The notes beneath the pieces are model-generated. The model had not been told where the DNA came from. It saw only the letters and a list, made by a program, of their open reading frames with translations, and did no database searches. Source: Eubacteriales bacterium (GTDB lineage Bacteria; Bacillota; Clostridia; Oscillospirales; CAG-272). From it: a stretch of 64,000 nt of DNA. Made by a program: the position numbers and the translations under genes. The stretch lies in assembly GCA_051868045.1 (NCBI GenBank), contig JBJDZN010000041.1:13087-77086 (forward strand), read 5' to 3'. Below are positions 60,957 through 64,000 of the stretch, piece by piece (position 1 is the stretch's first letter; each line of letters starts with the position of its first letter).

Positions 60957-61853
60957 TCATTCTATGGGGACAATCAACGCAGGATCGACATCCACAAATT
61001 CCTCGGGCGCATAATGCTCATAGGAGGCGGCAATCAGATGATAGCAGACGCCGTCCTTCTGCGTTGCCGAAAGTTCCTCGAACTGCGCCATGGTTCCCGC
61101 AATCAGCAGTTCGGCATCCTCAATGGCGACGCCCTCCCGCTGGCGGGCATACCGATGATCGGTCAGAACCTCAAATCCCAGCGACTCCAGATAGGACTCC
61201 TGCGCCGCCAACCATTCTTCCTTGTCCTCGTAGCGACCTGTGGGATCGTTGGTTTTTACCTGAATGCCGTTTTCATCGGTTGTTTCAAACCAGAAGCTGA
61301 CCCGGCATACCGTCCTGACCTCAACCGTATCAACGGTGAGGAAGTAGGACGGAAGGTTCCACACCGTGCCTTCCAGCTCATACCCGGGCTCCACTATATA
61401 GGAAGCATAATCCGACTCGGTTCCGGAACCGGTAAAATCATAGTACAGACCGTCCTGGATTCTGGAAGACCAGAACAAATCCCCACGATAGCTTCTGTCC
61501 GGCAGCTTCGTCCATTTTCCGTTTTTCTGCGAAAAGACATAAAACTGCTTTACGCCATCGGAGGTCACCAGAACCGCCGATTTCGGCTGACCCAGATCCT
61601 CCAAATAGCGGTCGTAAAAAATCTCACCCTCCTCTTGGGCAGTCAGCAAGACAGGACCGGCAGGCTCGGTCGTTTGGACGGGAGACGCCGTAGTAGTAGT
61701 AGTAGTAGTAGTAGTAGTATCGGATGCTTCCGTGGAAGCCGATCCCGTTCCGTCACCCCCCGCAGGCAGACTGCCGGCAGGATCGGCGCATCCCGAAAGC
61801 AGGGTCAAAAGCAGGGTCAAGGTAAGTACGGCGGTTAAAATCTGTTTTTTCAT
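60957..61853 (-). CDS. lipoprotein with a poly-Thr linker (no family recognised)
   Basis: Lipobox LLSGCADP with a GGAGGGAACC RBS. T10 run encoded by (ACT)10. Confidence 0.75.
   Translation of the reverse strand: MKKQILTAVLTLTLLLTLLSGCADPAGSLPAGGDGTGSASTEASDTTTTTTTTTTASPVQTTEPAGPVLLTAQEEGEIFYDRYLEDLGQPKSAVLVTSDGVKQFYVFSQKNGKWTKLPDRSYRGDLFWSSRIQDGLYYDFTGSGTESDYASYIVEPGYELEGTVWNLPSYFLTVDTVEVRTVCRVSFWFETTDENGIQVKTNDPTGRYEDKEEWLAAQESYLESLGFEVLTDHRYARQREGVAIEDAELLIAGTMAQFEELSATQKDGVCYHLIAASYEHYAPEEFVDVDPALIVPIE
61690..61719. repeat. trinucleotide microsatellite, 10 units of GTA (ACT on the coding strand)
   Basis: Read directly from the sequence. Confidence 0.95.
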
Positions 61854-62097
61854 AAGGTTCCCTCCATTATAAATTTTGCAATAATTCCATGGGTTATCCC
61901 CACATAAGGCAGTCCAATCTCTTAATTTGTTTCAATTTTCATATATAATTATATAACACATTTTGAATAAAGTCAACGGTTTTTTTGGACAAAATTGCGG
62001 ATTCGATTTTATTCATTTTATACAATTATTTTTCCTGAAACAGTCTTCTGAAAAAGCAATCTTGCGGAGCAGTCCCGCCGAGTCCCCGCTCTTTGCC

Positions 62098-62126
62098 TTG
62101 ACAAAAGGCAAAAAATGTGCTACAAT
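62098..62126 (+). promoter_or_regulatory. consensus sigma-70 promoter with extended -10
   Basis: TTGACA at 62098-62103, 17-nt spacer ending in TGC, TACAAT at 62121-62126. Confidence 0.55.
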
Positions 62127-62152
62127 GGGCAAAAAAGAAAGGATTCCCGCAT

Positions 62153-63607
62153 ATGAAAGCCAAATTTCCTCTGATTTGGATCCCAATGGCCGTTCTTGCC
62201 GCACTTCTCTCAGCCGCAGGACTGCTCTACCTGCCCCTATGCGTCATCGTCCCCCTGATCGGTCTGCCCATCCTGCTGATTCTTCCCGTTTTCAGCCGGA
62301 AATACGTGGATGGCAGACGGATGCGGGGCTGTCTGTACGGCAATCTTTGCCTTCGGGCGTTCTGCCTTTCCGTTCCCGTCACCGTAGCGGTGCAGATCGG
62401 AGCGATGGTCTGCTTTTTCCCCAACCGCCGGTACGGAGAATTGATCGCCAGCCTTGTAGTGGCGATTCTCGTTGAGGCACTGCTTTTCTGGATCGGGATA
62501 ATCGCCGTCTACTGCACCTCCGGCAAGGTAGGCGTGAAGCTGCGGGTCATTGGCATCCTGTGCGGACTCATTCCCATTGTCCATCTGTTCGTCCTTGCCG
62601 AAATTCTGCGCCGGACTACGGTGGAAATCGTCTCTGAGCATGAGACTCTGCTTCGCCGGAGGGAACGGGCAGGGCAGGAAATCTGCCGCACCCACTACCC
62701 CATTCTGCTGGTTCACGGAGTCTTCTTCCGGGACACCCACTTTTTCAATTACTGGGGACGGATTCCAAAAGCCCTTGAGGAAAACGGTGCGCAGCTGTAT
62801 TACGGCAATCACGCCTCTGCCGCATCGGTGGAAGCCTGCGGCGATGAGCTTGCCGGGCGGATTCGTGCCATCGTCGAAGAGACGGGATGCGGCAAGGTCA
62901 ACGTGATCGCCCATTCCAAAGGAGGACTGGACTGTCGCTATGCCATTGCCAAGGGCGGCGTCTCCCATCTGGTGGCATCGCTGACCACCGTGAACACACC
63001 CCATCACGGCTGTACCTTTGCCGACTGGCTCCTGTCCTCTGTACCGGAATCCTTCAAGAATCGGGTGGCAACAGGATACAATGGCGTTCTTTCCCGACTT
63101 GGGGACAAAAATCCCGACTTCATCGCCGCCGTCACCGATCTCACGGCTGACTCCTGCAAGAAGCGAAATCAAGCCCTTTCCGATGCCGAAGCCGGACTAT
63201 ATTATTCCGTTCCCGGCAAGCCAACGGCAAATGCCGTGGAAAAAGCGTCAGAATCCGGCGAGGGCGAACCGATGATCCCTGCGGGAGATGACCCGGCAGC
63301 GTCTTCCGACGGGGGCAAAATCTTCCGTCAAAGCATCGGATCGGTAATGCACAAACCCGCAGGCGGGGTGTTCCCCCTGAATCTGACCTATCGGCTGGCG
63401 GGGTATTTTGAGGGTCCAAACGACGGATTGGTTTCCGAATCCTCCTGCCGTTGGGAGGGATGCCGTCACACCGCCCTTCTGCCGAAGGGAAAGCGGGGCA
63501 TTTCACACGGGGACGTCATTGATCTATGCCGGGTGGATGCCGACGGCTTTGACGTCCGTGAGTTCTACATCAAACTGGTCAGTGAGATGAAAGAAATGGG
63601 ACTATAA
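62153..63607 (+). CDS. polytopic membrane domain fused to an alpha/beta-hydrolase lipase/esterase domain
   Basis: About 5 N-terminal TM helices, then ILLVHGVFF and the VIAHSKGGLD nucleophile elbow (AHSxG as in small Bacillus-type lipases). ATG 62153 follows AAAGGA. Confidence 0.8.
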   Translation: MKAKFPLIWIPMAVLAALLSAAGLLYLPLCVIVPLIGLPILLILPVFSRKYVDGRRMRGCLYGNLCLRAFCLSVPVTVAVQIGAMVCFFPNRRYGELIASLVVAILVEALLFWIGIIAVYCTSGKVGVKLRVIGILCGLIPIVHLFVLAEILRRTTVEIVSEHETLLRRRERAGQEICRTHYPILLVHGVFFRDTHFFNYWGRIPKALEENGAQLYYGNHASAASVEACGDELAGRIRAIVEETGCGKVNVIAHSKGGLDCRYAIAKGGVSHLVASLTTVNTPHHGCTFADWLLSSVPESFKNRVATGYNGVLSRLGDKNPDFIAAVTDLTADSCKKRNQALSDAEAGLYYSVPGKPTANAVEKASESGEGEPMIPAGDDPAASSDGGKIFRQSIGSVMHKPAGGVFPLNLTYRLAGYFEGPNDGLVSESSCRWEGCRHTALLPKGKRGISHGDVIDLCRVDADGFDVREFYIKLVSEMKEMGL

Positions 63608-63652
63608 AGCCCGAAGAATGGGCGTTATGGGGGTATTTTCGTGTACCCGCCG

Positions 63653-63692
63653 AAAAAACACAGGTTGCCTTAACAAGCAACCTGTGTTTTTT
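63653..63692. terminator. bidirectional intrinsic terminator
   Basis: AAAAAACACAGGTTGC cttaacaa GCAACCTGTGTTTTTT. Confidence 0.8.
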
Positions 63693-63736
63693 CCTTTTAT
63701 TTTGCGTTTTCCGAGGAATTGCGCCGCCGCAAACGC

Positions 63737-64000
63737 TCAGTTTTTCCCGTTTCGCATGGGGATCAGCGACAGGACGAAGGCTGCCAGTGCCAGTGCCAGA
63801 TTCAGGAAGATCACCAGCAGACAGCCGATGGGAAGCAGTTCGAGTATGAGGAACACCAACAAAATCACCAGTGTGGGCATCAGAGCCAGCATCTTCAGAA
63901 GCATCTGAACCATCATCTGCACCGCATTCGGCAGGGACGTCGGCACGATCAGACCGGTAAGCAGTCCGCTCGCCGAGCAGAAGAGGCTTACCGAAATCAG
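63737..64000 (-). CDS. membrane protein, C-terminal part only (gene starts beyond the right edge)
   Basis: The frame of the 63737-63946 ORF stays open to base 64000 (...LISVSLFCSASGLLTGLIVPTSLPNAV...) and is highly hydrophobic. Confidence 0.5.
   Translation of the reverse strand: MISVSLFCSASGLLTGLIVPTSLPNAVQMMVQMLLKMLALMPTLVILLVFLILELLPIGCLLVIFLNLALALAAFVLSLIPMRNGKN

Noticed and set aside
58258-60960. 376-aa and 470-aa ORFs on the minus strand
   Set aside because: Both are antisense to clpB, whose two Walker A motifs and M-domain are clear.
61866-61871. TATAAT 12 nt upstream of the lipoprotein ATG (minus strand) as its -10 box
   Set aside because: It would place the transcription start inside or after the GGAGGG RBS, so it is probably a chance match in an AT-rich region.

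Overview
This is a chromosomal window from what looks like a moderately GC-rich, anaerobic Firmicute. The gene content is Clostridia-like, but that is an impression, not a search result. I support about 50 protein genes. I see no rRNA, tRNA, CRISPR array, transposase or integrase.

Left to right:
- a truncated secreted protein, then about 1 kb of AT-rich non-coding DNA
- a small sigma-region-4-like protein
- a UDP-sugar pyrophosphorylase, Ogg DNA glycosylase and a CxxC protein
- a DUF4358 / MBOAT / DHHW surface O-acylation cluster
- a GT28 glycosyltransferase overlapping plsY
- reverse rubrerythrin plus a 51-aa rubredoxin that falls below the ORF-track length cut-off
- a degenerate VanY-like protein
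- a seven-gene aromatic amino-acid operon (tyrA-aroB-aroA-aroC-pheA-aroE/K-aroQ) behind a leader with two terminator-like hairpins
- a His/Asp-rich heavy-metal exporter and an LCP protein
- pflA and pflB
- a GH18-like lipoprotein and a YugP-type Zn peptidase
- a complete F1Fo ATP synthase operon (atpIBEFHAGDC) whose c subunit carries a Na+-type signature
- a CPA1 antiporter translationally coupled to trkA
- an RCC1-repeat lipoprotein and proS
- a BceRS-like two-component pair
- the stand-out region (45.6-54.9 kb, minus strand), described below
- an aconitase-family hydratase, an RHH protein and clpB
- a poly-Thr lipoprotein, a membrane-anchored lipase and a truncated membrane protein

The stand-out region is a co-directional five-gene cluster:
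- two membrane-anchored McrB-family AAA+ GTPase paralogs, which share a 1.15-kb near-identical direct repeat
- a McrC-like but apparently nuclease-less coiled-coil protein that they bracket
- a small bitopic protein
- a 1321-aa transglutaminase / MBG-repeat envelope protein

I cannot match this combination to any described system, and it is the best candidate for something new.

Many long ORFs in the track are antisense artefacts of the real genes. All family assignments come from motif recognition by eye, with no searches run.
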